DNA of 64,000 nucleotides from Legionella sp. (GTDB lineage Bacteria; Pseudomonadota; Gammaproteobacteria; Legionellales; Legionellaceae): NCBI RefSeq assembly GCF_965140895.1, contig NZ_CBCSKT010000163.1, positions 19,425 to 83,424 of the forward strand, read 5' to 3'. Shown piece by piece: positions 48,063 to 58,700 of this stretch (position 1 is its first letter; each line of letters starts with the position of its first letter). The notes under the pieces were generated by a model. It saw only the letters and a program-made list of their open reading frames with translations, ran no database searches and was not told where the DNA came from. The position numbers and the translations under genes were made by a program.

Positions 48063-48563
48063 CTACCCGGAAATTTTACCACAGCCAATACGAGCGCCCC
48101 CGCCACCCAAAGCAGGATTATCGCTGTAATTATCGCCACCTTCATGAATCATGACAGAGTGACCCTGGATTTCTTTTGTAGTTAAACGTGGGGCTAAAGT
48201 AGGTGTATTGGCCATGCCTTTACTATCTACTACTAATACAGGCAAATCACCTAAATGACCTTGTCCGTAAGGGCCTTGGTGACTATTGGTCGCTGCGGGA
48301 TCTAAATGCCCACCGGCCTTCATTGCATGATCGCCACAATCAGGATGTTGATGAATATGAAAACCACGAGCACCTGCGAGAAGACCAGAAAGTTGAGGCT
48401 TAACTAATAAACCAAATTTACTGTCTTCAAAAGTAATTTTTCCTAGTACAGCACCTGCTGCATTAGTTACTTCACTCGTCACCATAGCAGCATGACTTAT
48501 GGATGCTCCCAACAAAGCAAGAGCACCTAGAGCGAACACTCCTTTACACTTAATTTTGTTCAT
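48063..48563 (-). CDS. sodC: Periplasmic Cu,Zn superoxide dismutase
   Basis: Signal peptide; GFHIHQHPDCG, GGHLDP, HLGDLP and GGGGARIGCG motifs. Confidence 0.92.
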   Translation of the reverse strand: MNKIKCKGVFALGALALLGASISHAAMVTSEVTNAAGAVLGKITFEDSKFGLLVKPQLSGLLAGARGFHIHQHPDCGDHAMKAGGHLDPAATNSHQGPYGQGHLGDLPVLVVDSKGMANTPTLAPRLTTKEIQGHSVMIHEGGDNYSDNPALGGGGARIGCGKISG

Positions 48564-48656
48564 AATCTATCCTTAAAAAGTTAACGCCATAAATTGTAGC
48601 CTAAAATTCCTCTATTATGATACGCTTATCCCTCCATAACTAATGTAGGGACGCAT

Positions 48657-49952
48657 ATGTATTTTAAAATTAGGAATACCCTAGGGCCATTATTGTTAAT
48701 TCTTACCTGCCCTATTTTTGTCATGCTAATGTGGTATACCAATACGGAACTTAAAGGCTCTTTATCAACACTCTGGAGCCTCATGAATGAGCAAGGTTTT
48801 TTTCAAACAATCTACAACGTCTGGCAACCTTATTTTTGGGGCTCAGCTACTGCCTGGAAAATTATTTTTACCTTTATCGTTTTTCAATTAGCCTTAATGC
48901 GTTTACTGCCAGGTAAAGCATTTGATGGCCCAATTACTCCTAAAGGAAATGTCCCTACCTATAAAGAAAATGGCCCTTTAGCCTTTGTTACCACTATGGG
49001 TCTTTTTTGTGTGGCCAGTTTTGGTTTGAATTTATTTCCAGCAACAATTCTCTACGATAATTTGGGAGCCCTATTCGGTGCATTAAACATTTTTAGCCTT
49101 GTATTTTGTTTGTTCTTATACCTTAAAGGACGTTTTGCTCCATCAAGCACAGATTCAGGTATTACCAACAATTTTATATTTGACTACTACTGGGGTACCG
49201 AGCTTTATCCAAAAGTTTTAGGTTTTAGCATTAAAAAATTTATTACCTGCCGTTTCGGTATGATGAGCTGGGGATTATTCCTGATCTCTTATTGTGCCAA
49301 ACAAAGTGAATTAAGTGGTATCTCTAATTCCATGCTAGTCTCTGTTGCCTTACAGTTCATCTATTTAGGAAAATTCTATCTCTGGGAAAAAGGTTATTTA
49401 CGCTCTCTGGACATCATGCACGATCGGGCTGGTTTTTATATTTGCTGGGGTTGTCTGGTTTGGGTTCCATGTATCTACACCTCACCAAGCATGTACTTAG
49501 TATTACATCCAATTCAATTAAGCCCTTGGCTAGCAACGACCTTCTTTATTTTAGGTGCAGCTGGAATTATTATTAATTATCTTGCAGACAAGCAACGATT
49601 AGTAACCCGAGCAACTGATGGTAATTGTAAAGTTTGGGGTAAAAAACCGGTTACTTTAGTAGCTCATTACCAAACCACTAAAGGCGATAAAAAAGAAACG
49701 ATCCTTCTCGCTTCAGGTTGGTGGGGTGTTGCTCGACATTTTCATTACATTCCTGAACTTGCCGGTACATTTTTTTGGTCGGTGCCTGCTTTATTTGAAA
49801 ATTTCTCTCCCTACTTCTATATTTGTTTTCTAACCGTTCTTTTAATCGATCGTGCTTTTCGTGATGATCAAAGATGCTCTGAGAAATACGGTCATTATTG
49901 GAGTAAATATTGTGAGTTGGTTCCATACAAAATCGTTCCGTTTTTGATTTGA
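48657..49952 (+). CDS. ERG4/ERG24-family sterol reductase (7-dehydrocholesterol reductase-like), eukaryote-like
   Basis: Polytopic 431-aa protein. It has the family signature LLASGWWGVARHFHYIPELAGTFFW and the tail DRAFRDDQRCSEKYGHYWSKYCELVPYKIVPFLI. Confidence 0.85.
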   Translation: MYFKIRNTLGPLLLILTCPIFVMLMWYTNTELKGSLSTLWSLMNEQGFFQTIYNVWQPYFWGSATAWKIIFTFIVFQLALMRLLPGKAFDGPITPKGNVPTYKENGPLAFVTTMGLFCVASFGLNLFPATILYDNLGALFGALNIFSLVFCLFLYLKGRFAPSSTDSGITNNFIFDYYWGTELYPKVLGFSIKKFITCRFGMMSWGLFLISYCAKQSELSGISNSMLVSVALQFIYLGKFYLWEKGYLRSLDIMHDRAGFYICWGCLVWVPCIYTSPSMYLVLHPIQLSPWLATTFFILGAAGIIINYLADKQRLVTRATDGNCKVWGKKPVTLVAHYQTTKGDKKETILLASGWWGVARHFHYIPELAGTFFWSVPALFENFSPYFYICFLTVLLIDRAFRDDQRCSEKYGHYWSKYCELVPYKIVPFLI

Positions 49953-50154
49953 TACACTCCTCCGCTTTATTTCAATACCCCCTCCTTCCTATTTAGAAGG
50001 AAGGGGAGACCTACGCTCACAGTCGTCAAACCATCAGATTTCCAGGTACATCATTCATTGAGGTGCTTTTGGTTTGTTTGCTCCATTACGATAGCAATTG
50101 TCAAAAAGGGCGGTATTTTGAAGAAGAAATAGAAACAATAAGGAGATTGCAGCA

Positions 50155-51771
50155 ATGGAAACAGATGAACATATTGAACTAGGTAATGCAACTAGACTAC
50201 GGATGGAATTATATAAGGATAACCCGTATGTCAAATCTGCTCCCGATGGCACTCCGCTTATAGATATTCAGGGTCTTGATGCTAATGACATGCCTGTATC
50301 AATTAATCTGAACGATGTAACTGCTGGGACAATTGTAGGAATGTCAGGTGATTATTTTGGTGGCCGAGAAGTAGCCTATGAATTGCCAATGGTTAATGAC
50401 TTTAAGCTCAATAAAGCAGCATTTACCAGGGATGGCACATGTGAAACTCTAGGACAATTATTAAATAGGATGCCAATTACTGACGACCAAGCCCAAAAGT
50501 TGGTTTGCTCGTACAAACGATTTGCTAATGAAGAAGTCACTCAAGAAGACATCGACACGATTTTAACCATTAACAGTGCAAACTATATTCCTTTTTCTTC
50601 AACCCTAAATTCTTATGTGCAACAAATTATGTTTGCTTTGCGCGTAAATAATTATAGTGAAATATTAAATCGGAATTTATCTCATTTTACTCCCTGGTCA
50701 GTGCGTGTTTATACAATTGGTCATCATCTTGCCCTGCAATATGCCCGCCTCTCTTATGAGTTAAAACAACTCGCAGATAATACTGATTATCAATCTAATA
50801 ATGCGGAGTTTAATCGCATTCGCGGCATCTTAGAAAATACACCCAATGGTTTATCAACAGAGACTTTGCAAGACCTATCTTACCGCTATCAAGCACTTTC
50901 TCTAAGCATGGAATATTTTTGCTTCCATTATTATACGGACCATTTTGCAGCAGGCCATGGTGCGTTTATGGGTGATTTACGAACCATATTACCTGAGCGC
51001 TTCGGAACTTTAGGCAGTATTTTAGTCAATAATCTACATGATGAACTAAATCGGGTCTCGGTTTATACTAAAAAACCGTATGACCCCAGTCCGAATCCCC
51101 AAGACCCACCTGTTATAGCTGGCGGAGATGGTGACTTTGATGCCCCCAACAACCATTTTAATAAAGTAGCCTGTATTGCCGGTATGCAAAGTTCTTTAGC
51201 GGATCTCGATAAGGTATTCATAGGAGAAGCAATACCACGACAAAACAAGTATGGCGGGTTAGAAAGTATGCCGGATATTGATGAGAAATATCGCCAACCT
51301 CAACCATTGATTATTCTTGGCGAAGACAATAAGGTTTATCGTCGTACTCACATCAGTGAAATTAATACCTTATCTCCATCTCAATTAGAAGCAATCTTTG
51401 CTGATCCGAAAAATAATGGCTATACCGAGGTATCGAATACATGGGATGCTTTTCGTTTGGTATTCAAGTTACGTGTTTTACCTTTCTTTTACGAGGGAAA
51501 ACTGCAGCCACTCACCTCGACGCAACTCCAAACCATTGCGGAAGAAGAGGCGATTCTCAATCCAGGAAGAGCAGCAATCCAAACGCCACAAACCGCATTA
51601 CCTGTGCAAATCCCAGTTACCACGCAGCCCGCTTGGCAGATACCAGCCACCCGAGTTACGATTAGTGAAGGCTTAAGAAGAAATAGTCTATTAGCTACAA
51701 CTACATCTGCAAGAAAAATAACTGCGGATATGGATTTGGAGTTAGCTATTGAACCATCTATGACGATGTAA
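50155..51771 (+). CDS. Hypothetical protein (orphan) with an HYxxDxxxxxH motif reminiscent of zinc phospholipase C / P1 nuclease
   Basis: AAGGAG RBS 8 nt upstream. 538 aa. FHYYTDHFAAGH is encoded at 50926-50958. No signal peptide. Pro/Gln/Thr-rich C-terminal third. Confidence 0.55.
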   Translation: METDEHIELGNATRLRMELYKDNPYVKSAPDGTPLIDIQGLDANDMPVSINLNDVTAGTIVGMSGDYFGGREVAYELPMVNDFKLNKAAFTRDGTCETLGQLLNRMPITDDQAQKLVCSYKRFANEEVTQEDIDTILTINSANYIPFSSTLNSYVQQIMFALRVNNYSEILNRNLSHFTPWSVRVYTIGHHLALQYARLSYELKQLADNTDYQSNNAEFNRIRGILENTPNGLSTETLQDLSYRYQALSLSMEYFCFHYYTDHFAAGHGAFMGDLRTILPERFGTLGSILVNNLHDELNRVSVYTKKPYDPSPNPQDPPVIAGGDGDFDAPNNHFNKVACIAGMQSSLADLDKVFIGEAIPRQNKYGGLESMPDIDEKYRQPQPLIILGEDNKVYRRTHISEINTLSPSQLEAIFADPKNNGYTEVSNTWDAFRLVFKLRVLPFFYEGKLQPLTSTQLQTIAEEEAILNPGRAAIQTPQTALPVQIPVTTQPAWQIPATRVTISEGLRRNSLLATTTSARKITADMDLELAIEPSMTM

Positions 51772-51773
51772 CC

Positions 51774-52340
51774 TCAGTTGTAGCCTTGATGTAGTGCCGC
51801 GTAATCAAGGGATGCGGAGTCCGCTAAGCATTCAAAATATTGGTGTCGTTGCGCTGCATCAAGGCTACGTTTCTTGAAAAATAGATATGGATTTTTAACG
51901 AATTTGGATGATTCGTCATCCTTATGTTTAGACCTAGACAATTCATCATTCGCCGCATTTAAATGCTGGAAAAAATGATGATTTGTTGCTCTTTTTTTAT
52001 GGAGTCTCCGCTTTTTAATATAATGAAACACTATGTGTGTTCGGGCCAATTCCACCTTGTGATCTTGAAATAGTTCGCGAATCTTTTTAAACTGTTCTGT
52101 AGTAAGAAGAAAGAATAATAAATTATGCTCACAGGTATAATTATATTTATGACGAGCATATGCACTTTCATTAAGCTCATCGATTTTATTGTGCACCGAA
52201 TTATGTTTACGCAACGCGTGTAAATAAGCAATTAATAAAGGATAAGCCGTCTCGTGTAATTCCGTTTTCTCTTTGATAACTGGCTTAAACGGTACGACCT
52301 CTTTTACAGGCACATCCTGTTTCGACCGAGTCAATTCCAT
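51774..52340 (-). CDS. Hypothetical basic His/Lys-rich protein; last ~30 codons are encoded by a palindromic repeat
   Basis: 188-aa ORF with a TATAAT-like box upstream. No family recognised. Residues from about 158 to the end derive from the 51780-51868 palindrome. Confidence 0.45.
   Translation of the reverse strand: MELTRSKQDVPVKEVVPFKPVIKEKTELHETAYPLLIAYLHALRKHNSVHNKIDELNESAYARHKYNYTCEHNLLFFLLTTEQFKKIRELFQDHKVELARTHIVFHYIKKRRLHKKRATNHHFFQHLNAANDELSRSKHKDDESSKFVKNPYLFFKKRSLDAAQRHQYFECLADSASLDYAALHQGYN
51780..51868. repeat. Long REP-type palindrome (18-bp arms) at the junction of two convergent genes
   Basis: GTAGCCTTGATGTAGTGC (51780-51797) pairs with GCGCTGCATCAAGGCTAC (51851-51868); two positions are G-U type. 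An inner CCTTGAT/ATCAAGG stem is present. A half copy, CGTTGCGCTGCATCAACCCTACG, lies at 52749-52771. Confidence 0.6.
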
Positions 52341-52696
52341 TCGCTATCCTTGTTTCGAACTCACGTTAGTTACTACTGATGCATCCCTTACTCGTACTTT
52401 TCAGTATAGTAGTAACCCGTAAAAACGAACACATTATAATCACAAAGATTTTATTTTGGTTTTATTGTTGTTTAAAAATCCTTTCCTGAGTTCATAAGAC
52501 CCCCCCCTCGCACACAGAGAATTTATGCCGAACTGATTAAAATATGACACCCTCAATGGGCTTTTTAAGAAACTATAGGGAATATAAAAAATTTGACTTC
52601 AGCTTACTTGATAATTTTTTAAGCCTGTTTCTGGAATCGATGTCTGTATAGAGAGTTGTAATCTTTATTCTGCAGCATACTGAAAAATGAGTTCAT

Positions 52697-52731
52697 TTTA
52701 TAAAAGCTTCGACGTGCAACGGCACGTCGAA
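52697..52731 (-). terminator. Rho-independent terminator of the giant ORF
   Basis: A 10-bp perfect stem, TTCGACGTGC (52708-52717) with GCACGTCGAA (52722-52731), and a 4-nt loop. On the - strand it is followed by GCTTTTATAAAAT. Confidence 0.6.
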
Positions 52732-52775
52732 AGGGAAAAGAGTTCTCAGCGTTGCGCTGCATCAACCCTACGCTC

Positions 52776-55700
52776 CTACATACCTAAAGAAGAATTCTCA
52801 ACTTCAAACTCCTCGTCATCCAAGAACAGCTCTTCATCATATTGTACTCCGGTAGCAAACTGCTCTTGAATTTGATTTTCCAGGTATGATTGCAACTGAG
52901 TTTCAAATTGATAAAACTCAGCTACCGATTTAAATCGTTTACAATAGACTCCGTCTTTAGCCTCTTCCCTTTCAATTTCTTGAGCTAAGAACTCTAACTT
53001 CTCATTAAGCGTTTTTACCTGACTTAATGTCTTTTGATTTAAGTCATCTAGAGCACTCGCCAACTGAGCCTGTTGTTTTTTAAGTGCAGGCAATAAGCTC
53101 TTTTGCACTTGCTCTTTACAATACATTTTAAGACCGTCCAATATCTCTCCCCGCTCTTCTTCAGACTCCAGGTAACTCACCGTGCTAACAACTGCAGACC
53201 ATACACCTTTCCAAATCGATTGAGGCTTAGCTGCTTGAGTAACTCGCTCGTGTAAAGATATTAAATCTAATTTTACATCTTCATCCTGAATTTGCTCTAT
53301 TTCCTCCAAATCTAAATCAGCTAATCTAAAGTTTTTGATTCGATCTCGATCTTGGAAACGAGCCTGCACTGTCTCTGAAAAACCACTTAAATCATCTGGT
53401 GTTACCCCTTGAACATAAGCTTTTAATTGCAAAATAGCATCTACCTGAGCCTGAAACTGTGCCGGGAATAATTTCGAGTCAGCGGATTTAATAGCCTTAT
53501 AACTTAACAAAGGTACTTGTTCACTTTTAAGTTGCTCTAGTTGTACACCTAAATCCAGAGCAGCAGCTAATTGCCGTTCATATTCTCTTTTTGTCTGCTT
53601 CAACTTAGGGATTTGAGAGTTGTAGCGAACAAAGTCTTTAAGTGCGGCATTTGCACCTCTGCCTTCAATCACTAAATCCAGATAATCGTTAAAACCAATG
53701 TGGCCCGCTTTTAAACTAACTTGAATAACACGGAAATTCTTCACCTCTGCCAATTGAGTCTCAATTTTTGTTGCTTTAAGCTTGAAGTATTTGCTCTCAT
53801 CCATTAATTCCTGATGATTTTGCTCACACTCATGCCACATTTTATTTAGTTCACCACGTAACTGAGTTAGTGGCGCCAGAAGCACTGCATCCGCTTTAGC
53901 GGAGCCTAATTTAGCTATTTTATTGACAATCAATTCATTCATTTCATAAAGAGCATAAACACTGTCATTATTTCTTTGTATATCAACTAGTTGCTTCGTA
54001 ATTCGCCCCCAGCCGCTATGCCCGCGCAATCCTTTCTCTCGTTCTAATCTGCTTAGTGCCGCATTAAATTTATCACGCATTACCTGATAAACAGCCTGCT
54101 CTTTGCTCTCTTGAATAAAGGTCTTATCCAAGGTTTTCTTCCCATTGCCGATCAGAGTTAAGCTATCTAATGTGGCTAAGGTTTCTTGAATCAAGTTCCG
54201 CGTATTTTTATGTCCCAAAGGAAATATCCATAGGCCATCTAAACGTGCTTGATGTTGCATTAAAACTTTATAAAGATATTTAATTGCTGCCTGACGTTGC
54301 TCCGGGTTAGTATTAGCGTTTAAGGAGGTAACCGCGTTTAAAATATCGTTAGCCGCATCAGTAACTGCGGTACGTTCTAATAAATATCCTAAACCACGCC
54401 TTCCCTTAGCTGCCCATGAAAGGCTATGTTCCAATTCAACCGTAATTTCATTAACCACATCATTAATGTAAATATTTTTTAACTCAGTCAAAGCAGTATC
54501 TTCTGGATAGCCAACCTCTTGAACCACTTGGAGCAACTCCTGAATAACGGGTTGCATTGCATATTTCTTTTCGAAATCTTTATCAGCAAACCATCTTTCG
54601 TAGGAATTTAAAAATAAAATTAGCGCCTTCAACGTATCTGTATAATTTATTTGGATTAACAAATTATCTCGAACCGATTTGCTTAACACCGTCTCTTTAG
54701 CAATAATCTTACTAATGTGTTGCTGCAATGATTTAATCTGATTTTTAGTAAATGCAGCCCGATACGTGTCAATCTCACCATCGTAGTAACGCATCATTGC
54801 GCCATTTACGTCTAGTCCTGCAGCCACATAACGCTGTGCTTGTTCTTTTTTCACCTGCGTTGCTTTTGCATTCTTAAGTTCTTCGATTTCATGCAAGCGG
54901 AATTGCTCGCGGATAGACACGCTCGCAAAATAATTGCTACGCAACTCATCAAGTGAACCAAGTTCAATTACTTTTGCAGCTTTTTCATGCAATGCAGAAC
55001 AGGTTGTCTTCCAAATCGCTACACTTGCTTGCTCAAACTCAAGCATGGCTTCCTGAAAACCAGTAAGCAAAACGCTTTGTCCCTCAGAATCTTGGCACTC
55101 ATAGGCGTTCAGATAGAGTTCTGGCCGACCAAGAGGATTAATACACTCTTGCCATTTCTCACTTAATGCGCGAGCCAAATTATCTTTTAGCACCAGCAGC
55201 TCATTACTTAATTGCGATAAGTGATCTTTCGAATAAACAGAAGATAAAAATGCTTGCCAGCCATCAAACTGCTTCATTGCCACATAACGGATGGCAGCTG
55301 CGGATTGGTTATAATAATGTTGAATTGCCGTAATTTCTTGTTGTTTATGACGCAATACATCAAGGTCTTTAAACATTAACTCACGTTCAACATCCTCATA
55401 AAAACTCCAAGAACTGGCACGTATTAGATCTTGAGACTCATAAATAGCTGTATATTTACCTGGCTTCTCAAATATGGAAATTCGACGTAAAAACTCACGC
55501 ACATGATTTGCAGAATCAAGGTAGGTTTGTATTGTCAAAAATCCTTCGGCAAGTTCAGTATTAAAAAAAGTACCGCGTCCGAGGGCGGAGGCTGTAGTAA
55601 TGGTCACCATATTCGGCTTGCCCGCTGTTTTCAACCAGGACTGCTTATTGTCTTCATCCAGCACGCCAATAGTACGTGCTGCACCATAATGTGCCGTTAA

Positions 55701-58700
55701 CATTTCTTGAAGATAACGAACCTCATTCGCATCTTGCGCAATTAACACAATAGGCTGGTCATTTACAGCATTAGCAATTACGTTTTGAATCTGTCTACAA
55801 TACTGTTCTTCGTGTTTCGTAGGTGCTACAGCCAATTCGTTCTGAGCGTGCATGCATGATGGAATAGCACTGGCGACAGTGATATTTAACTGCTCACATA
55901 GCTCTCCTAACCTTTCCGCATCCATTGTTTTAGACAGCCCAATAATGCGGCATCCCTGGGCTTTATAATCATCAATTAAATCTTTTACCGATACCTGAGC
56001 AATCGTTCTACGTACTGGATTAAGAGGGAATTTTCGCCCTAAAGCCATATATTCTTTTTCTAAGCGAACATGCAAAAACTGCTGGACTTCTTGAGCGATG
56101 CTCATTCCCTTCTGAGCCGCCATCAAACTATAAGGCACTGCTGTATAGATATTTTCGCCTTTATTTAGGACGTCAAAATCTTCCCCTTCGACCATACGCT
56201 GAGCCGCTACAGCAGAGTCCATCAATACATTTAATTGAGCATTAGATATATTTTTTAATTTAGAGCGATGACTGTAAGTTGGAGCATATCGGTCTAAAAA
56301 GCCCCTTAGCTGAGTAAAGTCTTGTCGTTCACTCCATGCGCTAAGCGGAGTTAAGCTTTTAAACTGAGGTAGATTAATGAACTCATTAACCAGTGGATAA
56401 ATCCAAGCATCAGGGTGCTCTCCTGCTTTATCCGCAGTCAAACTAAATGCTTGCTTGTCATTTAAAGCCGAAAGATCGGTACCACAAAGAATTAAATGCG
56501 TCGATAATGAATGTCCCTCCTTTTCAGCAATTAGAGTCTCTTGTCTTTGCTTGGCGCGTTGACGAAACAAAGCTAAATCACCCATGGTTGAGCAATTGAT
56601 TCCCCCTTTATTATAAGTTTCCAAAGCTGAATCAGCCTCAAGAGAACTGGAATCAATGCCTACAGAGGTAAAGAAATCTTTATGACCAAGGCCATAATAA
56701 TCCTGTGTTATTTGTTCACGACTTGCATAGCATAAATCAACCGTGCCACCATCAGCCTGAACCCATTGCATCACCGCAAGCAGTGTATTAATAATGCACG
56801 TATCTTGCTCTGAAGGAATTTGCAGCAACAGATTACGTCGTCCATTTTTTAGTGACAACAATACCGCTGCCAGTTGCGGAGCATAAATAATTTGGCCTGT
56901 TGCCCGTTCATATTGCTCACGCAATACGGCGAGAAGATTTAATTGAGCATTTAATTTGTCTGCAGATGAACTATTCGGTTGGCGTATCGTGGCAATCAAA
57001 TAATCCGAAATTAGTCTTAACTCTGCTCGAGAAAGTATCGTTAAATCATCATATTTTGTACCCATTCCTTTAATGACTAGCGGAACTTCTTTGCCAATGG
57101 CATTAATGTAGGTAATTTGTTGGGCTAAATCATGTTGCTCTAGAGCAGTTAAATCAATATCCCCAATCATATTTTTAACTTCGGCAATAACACGCGCTAC
57201 TTGCGACATATCAAACTGTTCTTGCAGTACCTGCTCAGCAGTCTTAGTAATCGTAATGCCAAATTCAGCATCATGTTGCTCTGCACGCCCTTTTTTAGGA
57301 TCTTTATCGAACTGTTCAATATAAACTTTTAATTTTGGGGTGCTTCCATTTAATTTGCTGATAAATTTCTCTAAATCAGGGTAAGGTGGGTTTTCAAATA
57401 AAGAGACAATCTCTGCTAAATTAAACGCTTGCATTTCAAGACCCTCATGTAATGTGAACAGCAAGGGTAATTTATCATCAGCAACATTTTGTCCATAAGC
57501 AGTGAGTATCTTGATCCAGGCATTAAAAACCGGCTCACTAGCATTAACAAACTTAGCAAGTAGATTATCGTATTGTTGTAACTCCTCTGCACTACCTGTT
57601 TTACAGGCTTTAATTAATGAAGTAATTAAGGGAAGTATTGTACTTTCTGAGCCTGAAAAACATTCGAGAATATAGGAGGTGTTTTCAATAATCTGCGTTA
57701 AAAACACACTATTTACTTGCTGCCCATCCATTTTTTTGATCAACTCCATCCATGCATCAAATAAGGCATAAATTTGGGCGGGTTTACTACTAAATTCAGA
57801 AAACTGTATTAACTGCTCAAATGGAAATAACGTAGTCATAGACAAATTGTGTCCAAATGACAACTGCAATAACTTCATGTAAGTAGCAAAATCAATAACT
57901 CCTGCCATTCTATAGTGCATTAAGTTAAATACCTGCTGAATGGCATTATCGAATTGCTCTTCAGAATAATTCGAAACTGCATGCATCGCATTTAATAGGA
58001 TATCTAATTGCTCAACCACATTGTCTTTTGCAATTTGGTTAAACCCTTTTAACAACTCCCCCTGCTGGGCAGCGGTAAATGTGCTTCGTGGATTAGTAGA
58101 AATAATTTCATTAGCTAAGCGGCTAACACAACGACGGAACTCATTATGATTGTTATTTTTGAGATAAATTAAGGCATTAATGATTTTAGCGAGGTTATCA
58201 AATTGTTTGCTTAAATTAGGTTCGAACTCATCATCAAAATTATCGCCATCATCGGGGGCCAAACTTAACAAATAATCGTCAAAATCCGGATTTGCTGTTT
58301 GCAATGAGTTTATAGCATCAACAATATGCTCTTCATAATCTTCGGCACTATCTGGCTTTTTCAGACTCATTACAGGGCTGTTACCTAGTATTGTATTAGG
58401 TAAAACTTCCTGGATTAAATTTAAAATCGTAAATTCTTGTTGTTCAACACTTACTACCTGAACAATTTCCAGCAAGTTTTCTAAAGACGGTAGGCAATAA
58501 GAGGTTTCAATATCAATATCGATAAGCTGAGTTAATAATAAAGTTCGCTGTTCCTTGGGAAGATCTAAAATATTCCGCGCCAAAGTTTTCACTTGGGTTT
58601 CAAACTCTGACTCAGGTGCTTCAGCCTCGTCATTGTATGCAGGAATTTCATCACTAATTAAGGACAATAACATTGTGAATTGTGCTAAAACAGCAGGCTC

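Noticed and set aside
47715-48145. Three mutually overlapping small ORFs between the DUF2269 gene and sodC
   Set aside because: None has an RBS or a recognisable motif. One overlaps the 3' end of sodC. A decayed gene cannot be excluded, but I cannot support one.
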